From a virus: a stretch of 33,271 bases of DNA. This document shows positions 7,515 to 15,146 of the stretch, one piece after another. Position numbers and translations under genes: made by a program. Under the pieces are notes generated by a model. It saw nothing but the letters and a program-made list of their open reading frames with translations. It had not been told where the DNA came from and did no database searches. How positions within the stretch are numbered: position 1 is the first letter of the stretch; each line of letters begins with the position of its first letter. The stretch lies in IMG/VR virus record IMGVR_UViG_3300009495_000004. The stretch is one strand, 5' to 3'.

Positions 7515-7824
7515 AGATATTGCTAAACAACTTAAAGAATTTAGCATTATAGTTAAAAATAGATATTCTAATCAAAACAGGGCAAATAACTTTAATAACG
7601 AAACTTTTGAGGTACAAGAAATAATACCTACAAGCGATCATTCAGCAACGATTATATTTGAAAAAAATACAAATAAGAGATGTGCTATGTTTTTTTATTA
7701 TATACCAAGACAAAAAAAATGGCATTATTTTGTTCCAACTGATTCACATATAAACGGAATGAATTGTTTTGCAAATCAAAAAATAGAAGTTGAAAGACAT
7801 AATTATAAATATAATTTTAAATAA
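7507..7824 (+). CDS. Hypothetical protein, 105 aa
   Basis: ORF track. No recognisable motif. Confidence 0.5.
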   Translation: MNKDIAKQLKEFSIIVKNRYSNQNRANNFNNETFEVQEIIPTSDHSATIIFEKNTNKRCAMFFYYIPRQKKWHYFVPTDSHINGMNCFANQKIEVERHNYKYNFK

Positions 7825-7830
7825 ATAAAA

Positions 7831-8040
7831 ATGGGACATACACCACACGCATTTGAAAATCAGATTTTTAATCATTATAGAGAAAAGGCAAAAGAAATAA
7901 ATTTAGCAATTGAATTATTAGTTGAGCATAATTACACAGTAGTTGATTTGCAAGGGCAAATTATAAATAAAGAAACTATACACAATGACAAACAGCCTAT
8001 TATTTCTTCCCCACGATATAAAAAAATAAATAAAGAATGA
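7831..8040 (+). CDS. Hypothetical protein, 69 aa
   Basis: ORF track. ATGA overlap with the exonuclease gene. Confidence 0.45.
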   Translation: MGHTPHAFENQIFNHYREKAKEINLAIELLVEHNYTVVDLQGQIINKETIHNDKQPIISSPRYKKINKE

Positions 8041-8750
8041 TTTTATTATTTGACGCAGACAGCTTAGTTTTTGCAAGTTGTTATAGGCCAAAAACAGATG
8101 ATATAGAAAATATTTTTTATACTGATATTGCTGATTCAATTAATAAATTTGATGAGCAATTTATGAAAATAGTTAATGATCTTGAAGAAAAATACGAGAT
8201 AGAAAAGGTTATTACTTTTAATGGTTGCAAAGGCAACTTTAGAAAAAAACTATCTAAAAATTATAAAGCTAATAGAAAAAAACAAACACTCCCACCTCTG
8301 TTACACCCTATGCACGATTACGTAAAAAAAACATACGAGAGCAAATTTGCTTATGGTATTGAGACAGATGATATGGTTGCAAGGTATTGGTTTGAATTAT
8401 CAAATCAGTTTGGCAGGGATAATGTAATGATCATATCAATAGATAAAGATTATAAACAATTTCCAGCCTTAATTTATAATTATCATTATAAACATAAAAC
8501 GATTCTTGATATATCAGAAGATGAAGCATTATATAATTTTTATGAGCAAATGATAGTTGGCGACACAGCAGACAACGTAAATTTCTTTAAAGGCAAGGGG
8601 GTTAAGTTTGCACAAAAATATTTTAAAGATTGCTCTACTAAATATCAATACACAAAAAAACTTTATGAATTATTTAAAAAACAATATAAAAGCAAAGCAA
8701 AATTAAAGTATATTGAATGTTTTAATCTTTTAAAATTATTAACAGAATGA
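8037..8750 (+). CDS. 5'-3' exonuclease / flap endonuclease (FEN, PIN-like)
   Basis: Acidic motifs LLFDADSLVF, YKANRK, GIETDDMV, ISIDKDYKQ and GDTADNVNFFKGKG are typical of T5 D15 / Pol I 5'-nuclease family proteins. Confidence 0.8.
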   Translation: MILLFDADSLVFASCYRPKTDDIENIFYTDIADSINKFDEQFMKIVNDLEEKYEIEKVITFNGCKGNFRKKLSKNYKANRKKQTLPPLLHPMHDYVKKTYESKFAYGIETDDMVARYWFELSNQFGRDNVMIISIDKDYKQFPALIYNYHYKHKTILDISEDEALYNFYEQMIVGDTADNVNFFKGKGVKFAQKYFKDCSTKYQYTKKLYELFKKQYKSKAKLKYIECFNLLKLLTE

Positions 8751-8860
8751 GAAAAAAATTAAAAAATAAAAAAATTAAATTTATAGCTTGTAATGAATTT
8801 GATCAAACTTATATTTGGCATAAAACAAATAAAGGAGGCAAAACAAAAAGATCAAAATAA
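8747..8860 (+). CDS. Small basic ORF, 37 aa (low support)
   Basis: Not in the ORF track. ATGA overlap with the FEN stop. The protein is MRKKLKNKKIKFIACNEFDQTYIWHKTNKGGKTKRSK. Confidence 0.25.
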   Translation: MRKKLKNKKIKFIACNEFDQTYIWHKTNKGGKTKRSK

Positions 8861-8881
8861 ATTTGTCTTTTAAAAAAAAAT

Positions 8882-8897
8882 AATTATTACGTTATAT
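8882..8897 (+). promoter_or_regulatory. CGTTATAT box (AATTATTACGTTATAT), candidate phage-specific promoter in front of the modification/terminase operon
   Basis: The 16-mer is identical to 24022..24037. The C of the core lies 10 nt upstream of the ATG at 8900. Confidence 0.4.
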
Positions 8898-8899
8898 AT

Positions 8900-9430
8900 A
8901 TGAAAGCTATAAAAATTAAAGTATCAGAAATAAAATCAAATTTAAATAATCCTCGATTAATTAAAGATCAAAAATTTAGCAAATTAGTTGAAAGCATCAA
9001 AGAATTTCCTAAAATGATGAATTTAAGACCGATAGTAGTTGATGAGAATAATGTTATATTGGGTGGCAATATGAGATTTAAAGCCTCAATAAAAGCAGGT
9101 TTTAAAGAAGTTTATGTGTTAAGGGCTGAGGATTTAACTGATAAACAAAAAAAAGAATTTATTATAAAAGACAATGTAGGTTTTGGAGAATGGGATTGGG
9201 ATATATTAGCGAATCAATTTGAAAACTCAGATCTTAACGAATGGGGTTTAGATGTTTGGGACACTAAAGATATTGATCTTGATGATTTCTTTTCTGATGA
9301 TATGGAAGATAAAGAAGAAACAAATAAAATAATTTTAGAGTATAATGAAAAAGATTATAATTTTGTAATAGATCAATTAAACAAAAAAGAGGGAAGCAAA
9401 GAAGATATTATATTTAATTTATTAAAATAG
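8900..9430 (+). CDS. ParB N-terminal (ParB/Srx-fold) domain protein
   Basis: IKVSEIKSNLNNPR...LRPIVVDENNVILGGNMRFKASIKAGF matches the ParB-like nuclease domain core (GG.hR..A). The C-terminal half is acidic. The gene lies immediately upstream of dpdA. Confidence 0.65.
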   Translation: MKAIKIKVSEIKSNLNNPRLIKDQKFSKLVESIKEFPKMMNLRPIVVDENNVILGGNMRFKASIKAGFKEVYVLRAEDLTDKQKKEFIIKDNVGFGEWDWDILANQFENSDLNEWGLDVWDTKDIDLDDFFSDDMEDKEETNKIILEYNEKDYNFVIDQLNKKEGSKEDIIFNLLK

Positions 9431-9433
9431 ATA

Positions 9434-10303
9434 ATGCAAATTTATATATGCATTCGAGGACCTTTGTCTCCTCTCTGGAAAACATTAATGAAATTATATT
9501 TATCAGGAGCAACGACAGCAGGCAATATAAAAAACTATTGGAAAGAAGCAATGAAAGTATATTTAGCAGGTGGCAATTCTGGTTATAAATGGGCAGGGGA
9601 TTACAACGAATTAATCCAAACTCATAAACCATTAATTCTTGAAAGTTACTTTTATTTAAAAGGACAAGATGAATGGATATTAAATCTTAGACCTTTTTTT
9701 AAAGATTTCTTACTTGACTCAGGAGCTTTTACTTATTTAAATGGTTTAAAAGAATCTCCTGATTGGGATCGTTATATTGAAAATTATGCTGAATTTATTA
9801 ATAAACACAAGATTGATTTATTTATTGAATTAGATATTGATAGTGTTGTAGGTATTAAAGAGGTTGAAAGATTAAGAAATAAATTAGAGAGATTAACTAA
9901 TAAAAAAAGTATTCCTGTTTGGCATAAAAGTAGAGGCTTAGATTATTGGCATAAAATGGTAAAAGAATATGATTATGTTTCTATAGGCGGTATAGTAACT
10001 AAAGAGATTAAACAAAATGAATACGATATATTTTCTTTATTATTAAGAATAGCAAGAGAGAATAATTGTAAAGTTCACGGATTAGGTTTTACAAATTTAA
10101 AAGGTTTACAAAAATATAAGTTTTATTCTGTTGACTCTACTGCTTGGGTTTATGGTAATAGAGGGGGGTTTTTATATTTATTTAAAAATAATACCCTAAC
10201 AAAAATAGAGCCAAAGGGCAAAAGATTAAAAGGAAGAAAAGGCGCATTGCATAATTTTACAGAATGGTTAAAGTTTAGCCAATACGCAGAAAACAATTTA
10301 TAA
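9434..10303 (+). CDS. dpdA: DpdA-type DNA-guanine transglycosylase (TGT superfamily)
   Basis: PLILESYFYL and FLLDSGAFTYL motifs are as in phage/bacterial DpdA. The gene sits directly upstream of queC-queD-queE-folE. The start is uncertain (ATG at 9434, 9488 or 9551). Confidence 0.7.
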   Translation: MQIYICIRGPLSPLWKTLMKLYLSGATTAGNIKNYWKEAMKVYLAGGNSGYKWAGDYNELIQTHKPLILESYFYLKGQDEWILNLRPFFKDFLLDSGAFTYLNGLKESPDWDRYIENYAEFINKHKIDLFIELDIDSVVGIKEVERLRNKLERLTNKKSIPVWHKSRGLDYWHKMVKEYDYVSIGGIVTKEIKQNEYDIFSLLLRIARENNCKVHGLGFTNLKGLQKYKFYSVDSTAWVYGNRGGFLYLFKNNTLTKIEPKGKRLKGRKGALHNFTEWLKFSQYAENNL

Positions 10304-10969
10304 ATGAAAAAAGCATTAGTATTATTATCAGGAGGGCAAGACTCAACAACTTGTTTGTATTGGGCCAATAAACATTTTGATTATGTAGAGGCCATAGGTT
10401 TTGATTATGGACAAAGCCATAAACAAGAATTAAAACAGGCTAAAAAAATATCATCAAGATTAAATATAAAATATAAAATATTTGACATAAAAGGTTTGTT
10501 AGCATCATCATCATTAACAGAACATTCAGATCATTCGAAAGCATCTTACATTGATGATAGTTTGCCGGCATCTTTTACATCAGGCAGGAATATACTATTT
10601 TTAACTATTGCAGCAAGTTATGGAGCAGAGCAAGGAATTAATGATTTAATTACAGGAGTTTGCCAAACAGATTATAGTGGCTATCCTGATTGTAGAAAAA
10701 CAACTATTGATTCATTACAAACTACTTTATCTTTAGGCTTAGGTGCAGGAGATTATAGGATCCATACACCTTTAATGTATTTAGATAAAGCAGAAACTTG
10801 GAAAATGGCAAATGATTTAAATTGTTTAGATATTATTATAAATGACACATTAACTGATTACAATGGCGATATGACAAAAAACGAATGGGGTTATGGAAAT
10901 AAAGATAATCCTGCAACAGAGCTTAGAGTAAAAGGTTTTTATATAGCTAAAGAAAAAGGTTGGATATGA
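10304..10969 (+). CDS. queC: 7-cyano-7-deazaguanine synthase QueC homologue (lacks the zinc-cysteine cluster)
   Basis: A PP-loop LLSGGQDSTTCL, GRNILFL, ITGVCQTDYSGYPDCR and HTPLMYLDKAETW align well with B. subtilis QueC. The C-terminal Cys ligands are replaced. Confidence 0.9.
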   Translation: MKKALVLLSGGQDSTTCLYWANKHFDYVEAIGFDYGQSHKQELKQAKKISSRLNIKYKIFDIKGLLASSSLTEHSDHSKASYIDDSLPASFTSGRNILFLTIAASYGAEQGINDLITGVCQTDYSGYPDCRKTTIDSLQTTLSLGLGAGDYRIHTPLMYLDKAETWKMANDLNCLDIIINDTLTDYNGDMTKNEWGYGNKDNPATELRVKGFYIAKEKGWI

Positions 10970-11373
10970 AAATTGAAAAGAAATATTATTTTTATGCAGG
11001 CCACAGAAATAAAACTGCAGGAGAAAAATGCGGGAGATTACACGGCCATACTTATGATGTTAAATGCGTATTTAATTTTGATACAATGGTAAATGGCGTT
11101 ACAATGTTATTTAGCGATATTGACAAAAAAGTAGAGCCAATAATAAAATACTATGATCATTATTTTATATTATGGAATGAGGATCCACTTTGCGATATAT
11201 TAAAATTTGCAAATGAGCCATACAGAGAAGTTCCTTTTGAATCATCTGCAGAGAATATGGCAATATGGTTATTCAATAGAATCAAAAACGAAGCTAAGAT
11301 GCCAATTGAAAGAATAGAATTAGCTGAAACAAAAACAAGTAAAATAATATATGAGCCAAAAATTAGCGATTAG
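10960..11373 (+). CDS. queD: 6-carboxy-5,6,7,8-tetrahydropterin synthase QueD
   Basis: FYAGHRN...CGRLHGHTYDV is the canonical PTPS/QueD zinc/catalytic motif. The size (137 aa) fits. Confidence 0.9.
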   Translation: MDMKIEKKYYFYAGHRNKTAGEKCGRLHGHTYDVKCVFNFDTMVNGVTMLFSDIDKKVEPIIKYYDHYFILWNEDPLCDILKFANEPYREVPFESSAENMAIWLFNRIKNEAKMPIERIELAETKTSKIIYEPKISD

Positions 11374-12082
11374 CGAGGTATTTTACTCAATCCAAGGAGA
11401 GGGTAAGACTGTTGGGATCCCAAGTGTATTTGTTAGGCTTGGAGGTTGTAATTTAATGTGCGGAGGAATGGGAACTCAATTCGATGGAGAGTTACATAAC
11501 GGAGCAGAATTTAGATGCGATACAATAGAGGTATGGATGAAAGCAACCTCAAAAAATGTTAATGAAATATTAGATAAAGAATGTATAGAAGCAATAAAAC
11601 AAGGCGCTCACATTATTTTAACAGGTGGGGAACCAACAATGCAACAAAAAGGTTTAGAAGAGTTTATGAAATACGTTTACCAAGAAGTTAATCCTTTTGC
11701 TTATTTTGAAGTAGAAACTAACGGAACAATAATGCCTAACGAATATTTATTACTTAATATTGATTTATGGAATTGTAGTCCTAAACTTTTAAATTCAGGT
11801 AATGATAGGGCAATGACATTTAAACCAGAGATTATAAAAGAACTTAATAAACATAACTCAATTTTTAAATTTGTCATAAACGATTTAAAAGAATGGAATG
11901 AGGTTAAAGAGCTTTATTATGATATAGTAGATAAAAATAAAATATATTTAATGCCTGCAGGAGAAAATCAAGATCTACTAAATGAGAATAAATTAAATGT
12001 TGTAGAGTTAGCAATAAAAAATTATGTTAATTTCACAACAAGGTTACATATAGAAATTTGGAATAAAAAAACAGGAGTTTAA
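11351..12082 (+). CDS. queE: 7-carboxy-7-deazaguanine synthase QueE (radical SAM)
   Basis: EVFYSIQGEG...SVFVRLGGCNLMC...RCDT and ILTGGEPTM are QueE hallmarks. The Cys motif is split. Confidence 0.85.
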   Translation: MSQKLAISEVFYSIQGEGKTVGIPSVFVRLGGCNLMCGGMGTQFDGELHNGAEFRCDTIEVWMKATSKNVNEILDKECIEAIKQGAHIILTGGEPTMQQKGLEEFMKYVYQEVNPFAYFEVETNGTIMPNEYLLLNIDLWNCSPKLLNSGNDRAMTFKPEIIKELNKHNSIFKFVINDLKEWNEVKELYYDIVDKNKIYLMPAGENQDLLNENKLNVVELAIKNYVNFTTRLHIEIWNKKTGV

Positions 12083-12181
12083 TTATGGAAATTATAAAAC
12101 ACATTTTAGGATTTTGCGAGCATTCGCATCACATTAACATCTTTACAATATTTATTGTATTATTATTAATCAAATTAATTT

Positions 12182-13021
12182 ATGGAAAAAAGTTACGTAA
12201 GTTGGGAGGTCGTTTATGATCGCTTAAAAACTATACTTGAGAATACACCAAAGGATAAAACATTTTTTGGAGTGCCAAGAGGAGGGCAAATAGTATCAGG
12301 AATGACAGGTAGAGCAGTTGATAAAATAGAAGATGCTGATATTATAATTGATGATCTTATTGATAGCGGTGCAACTGAATTAAAATATAAAAAATATGAC
12401 AAACCTTTTGTTGCTTTAATTGATAAAAGAATTGAGCTACAAAATCAATGGTTAGTTTTTCCTTGGGAGGTTAAAGAAAAAGATACAGATGAAACTGTAG
12501 AAGATAATATCACAAGACTCTTACAATACTTTGGAGAAGATGTTACAAGAGAGGGATTAAGAGAAACACCTAAAAGATATGTTAAATTTTTTAAAGAGTT
12601 TTTAAATCCACCTAAATGGAATTGCACATCATTTGAGGGCGAGGGCTACGATGAAATGATAATACAAAAAAATATTCCTTTTCATTCTTTATGCGAACAT
12701 CATATAGCACCTTTCTTTGGCAAGGGCCACATTGCTTATATACCAAATAAAAAGATAGTAGGATTATCTAAATTGGCAAGAACTCTTGAAACATATTCAA
12801 GGCGATTACAAAATCAAGAAAGAATAACAACTCAGGTAGCAGAGTTTCTTTGGAATGAATTAGATCCAAAGGGGGTTGCCGTATCATTAACCGCAGTGCA
12901 TATGTGTATGGAAATGAGAGGAGTAAAAAAACATAATACTCAAACAACTACAAATAAATTGTTAGGAAAATTTAAAGAGGATTCTGTTGTTAGAAATGAA
13001 TTTTTAAGCTCAATAAGATGA
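12182..13021 (+). CDS. folE: Fusion protein: N-terminal Gpt-like phosphoribosyltransferase domain plus GTP cyclohydrolase I (FolE)
   Basis: Residues 1-97 (YVSWEVVYDRL...VPRGGQIVSG...ADIIIDDLIDSGATE...WLVFPWEV) parallel E. coli Gpt (YIVTWDML...VSRGGLVPG...FIVIDDLVDTGGT...WIEQPWDM). Residues from about 100 to 279 carry SLCEHHIAPFFGKGHIAYIP...VGLSKLAR...RLQNQERIT from FolE. Confidence 0.85.
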   Translation: MEKSYVSWEVVYDRLKTILENTPKDKTFFGVPRGGQIVSGMTGRAVDKIEDADIIIDDLIDSGATELKYKKYDKPFVALIDKRIELQNQWLVFPWEVKEKDTDETVEDNITRLLQYFGEDVTREGLRETPKRYVKFFKEFLNPPKWNCTSFEGEGYDEMIIQKNIPFHSLCEHHIAPFFGKGHIAYIPNKKIVGLSKLARTLETYSRRLQNQERITTQVAEFLWNELDPKGVAVSLTAVHMCMEMRGVKKHNTQTTTNKLLGKFKEDSVVRNEFLSSIR

Positions 13022-13374
13022 ACAAAACCGAACATAGTAAAAAAGCATTATTAGAAGCATTAGAAAAGAGCTTAGGGGTTGTAACAACAGCTTGTAAAAA
13101 AACTGAGATAGGAAGAACAACTTATTACGATTGGTATAATAATGATGAGTCTTTTAAAAAGAAAGTTGATGATCTACAAAATGTTGCATTAGATTTTGCT
13201 GAGAGCCAATTGCATAAACAAATATCTGAAAACTCAACAGCTGCAACAATTTTTTATCTTAAAACAAAAGGCAAGAAAAGAGGCTATATTGAAAGACAAG
13301 AAATAACAGGAGCAGACGGAATGCCAACTAACTTTCAAATTGAGATAATTGATAAAACCGAAGATTCAGACTAA
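13018..13374 (+). CDS. terS: Terminase small subunit
   Basis: An N-terminal HTH-like GVVTTACKKTEIGRTTYYDWY and AATIFYLKTKGKKRGY are typical of small terminase proteins. ATGA overlap with folE and a 26-nt overlap with terL. Confidence 0.65.
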   Translation: MNKTEHSKKALLEALEKSLGVVTTACKKTEIGRTTYYDWYNNDESFKKKVDDLQNVALDFAESQLHKQISENSTAATIFYLKTKGKKRGYIERQEITGADGMPTNFQIEIIDKTEDSD

Positions 13375-14512
13375 TATTGTTTATAAGCATTTAGTAAATA
13401 GCAATAAAAAAATAATAGTTGAGCAGGGCGGAACTCGATCAGGAAAGACATATAATATTCTTCTTTATATAATTTTTCATTATTGTATTAATAATAGAAA
13501 TAAAATAATAACTATTTGCCGTAAAACATTTCCAAGTTTAAGAGCAACAGTATTAAGAGATTTTTTACAGATATTAAATCAACATCAAATATACAGAGAG
13601 GATTTTCATAACAAATCAAATAGCGAGTATAATCTTTTTGGCAACTTAGTTGAATTTACATCGTTAGATCAATCGCAAAAAATTAGAGGAAGAAAAAGAG
13701 ATCTACTTTTTATTAATGAGGGAAATGAATTATATATTGATGACTGGAGACAATTAATCTTTAGAACACAAGAAAGAGTTATATTAGATTTTAACCCCTC
13801 AGATGAGTATCATTGGATATATGATCAAGTTCTTACAAGAGAAGATTGCGATTTTTATAAGACAACTTATTTAGATAACCCTTTTTTAGAGGATATTATA
13901 AAACTTGAGATTGAGAGATTAAAAGAAACAGATGATCAGTATTGGCAAATTTATGGATTAGGCGAGAGAGCAACGAGCATCAATACAATTTTTAAATATG
14001 TTGAGATAAATAAAATACCAGATGATGCGAAGTTTATTAGTTATGGCGCAGATGCAGGATTTACAAATGATCCTTCAACTTTAGTTAGTGTTTATATTAA
14101 AGATTATAATTTATATATTAAAGAGCATCTATATAGAACAATGATGACAACACTTGATATACATAAAACATTTAAAGAGGTTGGGATCCAAAGACAACAG
14201 ATCTATTTTGATTCAGCAGAACCTCGCTTAATTGCTGAATTGCGTAGAATGGGTTGGAATATATTTCCAAGTTTAAAAGGCAAAGATTCAGTTAATGCCG
14301 GAATTGATTTATTAAAAAGATATAAGATTCATATTACATCTGATTCAAAAAATGCTATTCAAGAGTTTAGAAATTATAAATGGAAACAAGATAGAACAGG
14401 AAATTTAACTAACATTCCTGAGGATAAAAATAACCACATTACAGACGCAGTGCGTTACGCAACTTATTCAATACTATCAAGACCTAATTTTGGAAGATAT
14501 GCCATACAATAA
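13349..14512 (+). CDS. terL: Terminase large subunit (PBSX/XtmB-like), non-ATG (TTG) start
   Basis: Walker A EQGGTRSGKTY, Walker B-like DLLFINEGNE, and the nuclease-domain motif GADAGFTNDPS. There is no in-frame ATG upstream of Walker A, so TTG at 13349 or a nearby non-ATG codon must initiate. Confidence 0.85.
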   Translation: MIKPKIQTNIVYKHLVNSNKKIIVEQGGTRSGKTYNILLYIIFHYCINNRNKIITICRKTFPSLRATVLRDFLQILNQHQIYREDFHNKSNSEYNLFGNLVEFTSLDQSQKIRGRKRDLLFINEGNELYIDDWRQLIFRTQERVILDFNPSDEYHWIYDQVLTREDCDFYKTTYLDNPFLEDIIKLEIERLKETDDQYWQIYGLGERATSINTIFKYVEINKIPDDAKFISYGADAGFTNDPSTLVSVYIKDYNLYIKEHLYRTMMTTLDIHKTFKEVGIQRQQIYFDSAEPRLIAELRRMGWNIFPSLKGKDSVNAGIDLLKRYKIHITSDSKNAIQEFRNYKWKQDRTGNLTNIPEDKNNHITDAVRYATYSILSRPNFGRYAIQ

Positions 14513-14633
14513 ACAATGTAAAAAATGCGATAATGATTACGTTTACATAGGTTCTGCTCAAAATGGTTTTATTTGGTTATGTAAAAAATGTAATTATTTA
14601 GAATGGGCGCCGGATCCTGACAAGATAAATTAA
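14499..14633 (+). CDS. Small zinc-ribbon protein, 44 aa
   Basis: Not in the ORF track. The protein is MPYNKQCKKCDNDYVYIGSAQNGFIWLCKKCNYLEWAPDPDKIN with two CxxC pairs. It overlaps the terL 3' end by 14 nt. Confidence 0.4.
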   Translation: MPYNKQCKKCDNDYVYIGSAQNGFIWLCKKCNYLEWAPDPDKIN

Positions 14634-14634
14634 G

Positions 14635-14666
14635 TTTGTATATTAAATATATTATATATATATTTG
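14635..14666 (+). promoter_or_regulatory. Bacteroidota-type sigma-A promoter: TTTG (-33), 20-nt spacer, TATATTTG (-7)
   Basis: TTTG at 14635..14638 and TATATTTG at 14659..14666. The element is intergenic, 28 nt upstream of the ATG at 14694. Confidence 0.6.
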
Positions 14667-14693
14667 TTATATCATTAATCAAAACTTAATAAA

Positions 14694-14846
14694 ATGAAAC
14701 TAACTTTCGAAGATAACTCAGCTTTAATAGATGTTGAATCAACTTTAAAAATGCTATTAACAGCAGAAAATTTAAGGCCATACCAAAAAGAATGGGTGGT
14801 TAAATCTTATAAAAACATTGCAAACTTTAGGTATCAACATTCTTAA
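14694..14846 (+). CDS. Hypothetical protein, 50 aa
   Basis: Not in the ORF track. It is the first ORF after the promoter, and its stop lies 3 nt before the next ATG. The protein is MKLTFEDNSALIDVESTLKMLLTAENLRPYQKEWVVKSYKNIANFRYQHS. Confidence 0.45.
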   Translation: MKLTFEDNSALIDVESTLKMLLTAENLRPYQKEWVVKSYKNIANFRYQHS

Positions 14847-14849
14847 ATT

Positions 14850-15146
14850 ATGACAGATAAAAAAAAATTAGCTAATGCTATCTTTTTAATAAGAGATTTG
14901 AAAAAACAATTAAAAGAAGCTAAAGAATATAAATTTGGAAAAACTACTTACATACACGAAACTTCTAATCTATATTGTAGCGATGGCGAAATGCATATAG
15001 GCTACGGAGATGACAAATGGTTAATATATAACACAGATCAATTATTTAAAGATCTTCCTTTTATAATTAATCAAGTTGTTAAAGAAAATGATAAAATGCA
15101 AAAAATGTATTTAGATAATATTAAAACAGAATTAAAATTATTATAA
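14850..15146 (+). CDS. Hypothetical protein, 98 aa
   Basis: ORF track. Its last stop-codon base is the first base of the next ATG. Confidence 0.5.
   Translation: MTDKKKLANAIFLIRDLKKQLKEAKEYKFGKTTYIHETSNLYCSDGEMHIGYGDDKWLIYNTDQLFKDLPFIINQVVKENDKMQKMYLDNIKTELKLL

Noticed and set aside
9434-9453. A near-palindrome, atgcaaatttatatatgcat, at the dpdA start, considered as an operator site.
   Set aside because: Only the outer ATGCA/TGCAT arms pair. The centre is generic AT-rich sequence, and no second copy was seen elsewhere.
12085-12219. A 44-aa ORF in the queE-folE gap (MEIIKHILGFCEHSHHINIFTIFIVLLLIKLIYGKKLRKLGGRL). Its CEHSHH string echoes the FolE CEHH active-site motif. A small hairpin, tgcga-gcat-tcgca, lies at 12115..12128.
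   Set aside because: The resemblance is only a few residues, and nucleotide similarity to the real folE motif fades after 9 nt. The ORF overlaps the folE start and has no other support. The hairpin is too small to call a riboswitch such as THF-II. It is mentioned only as a low-priority check.
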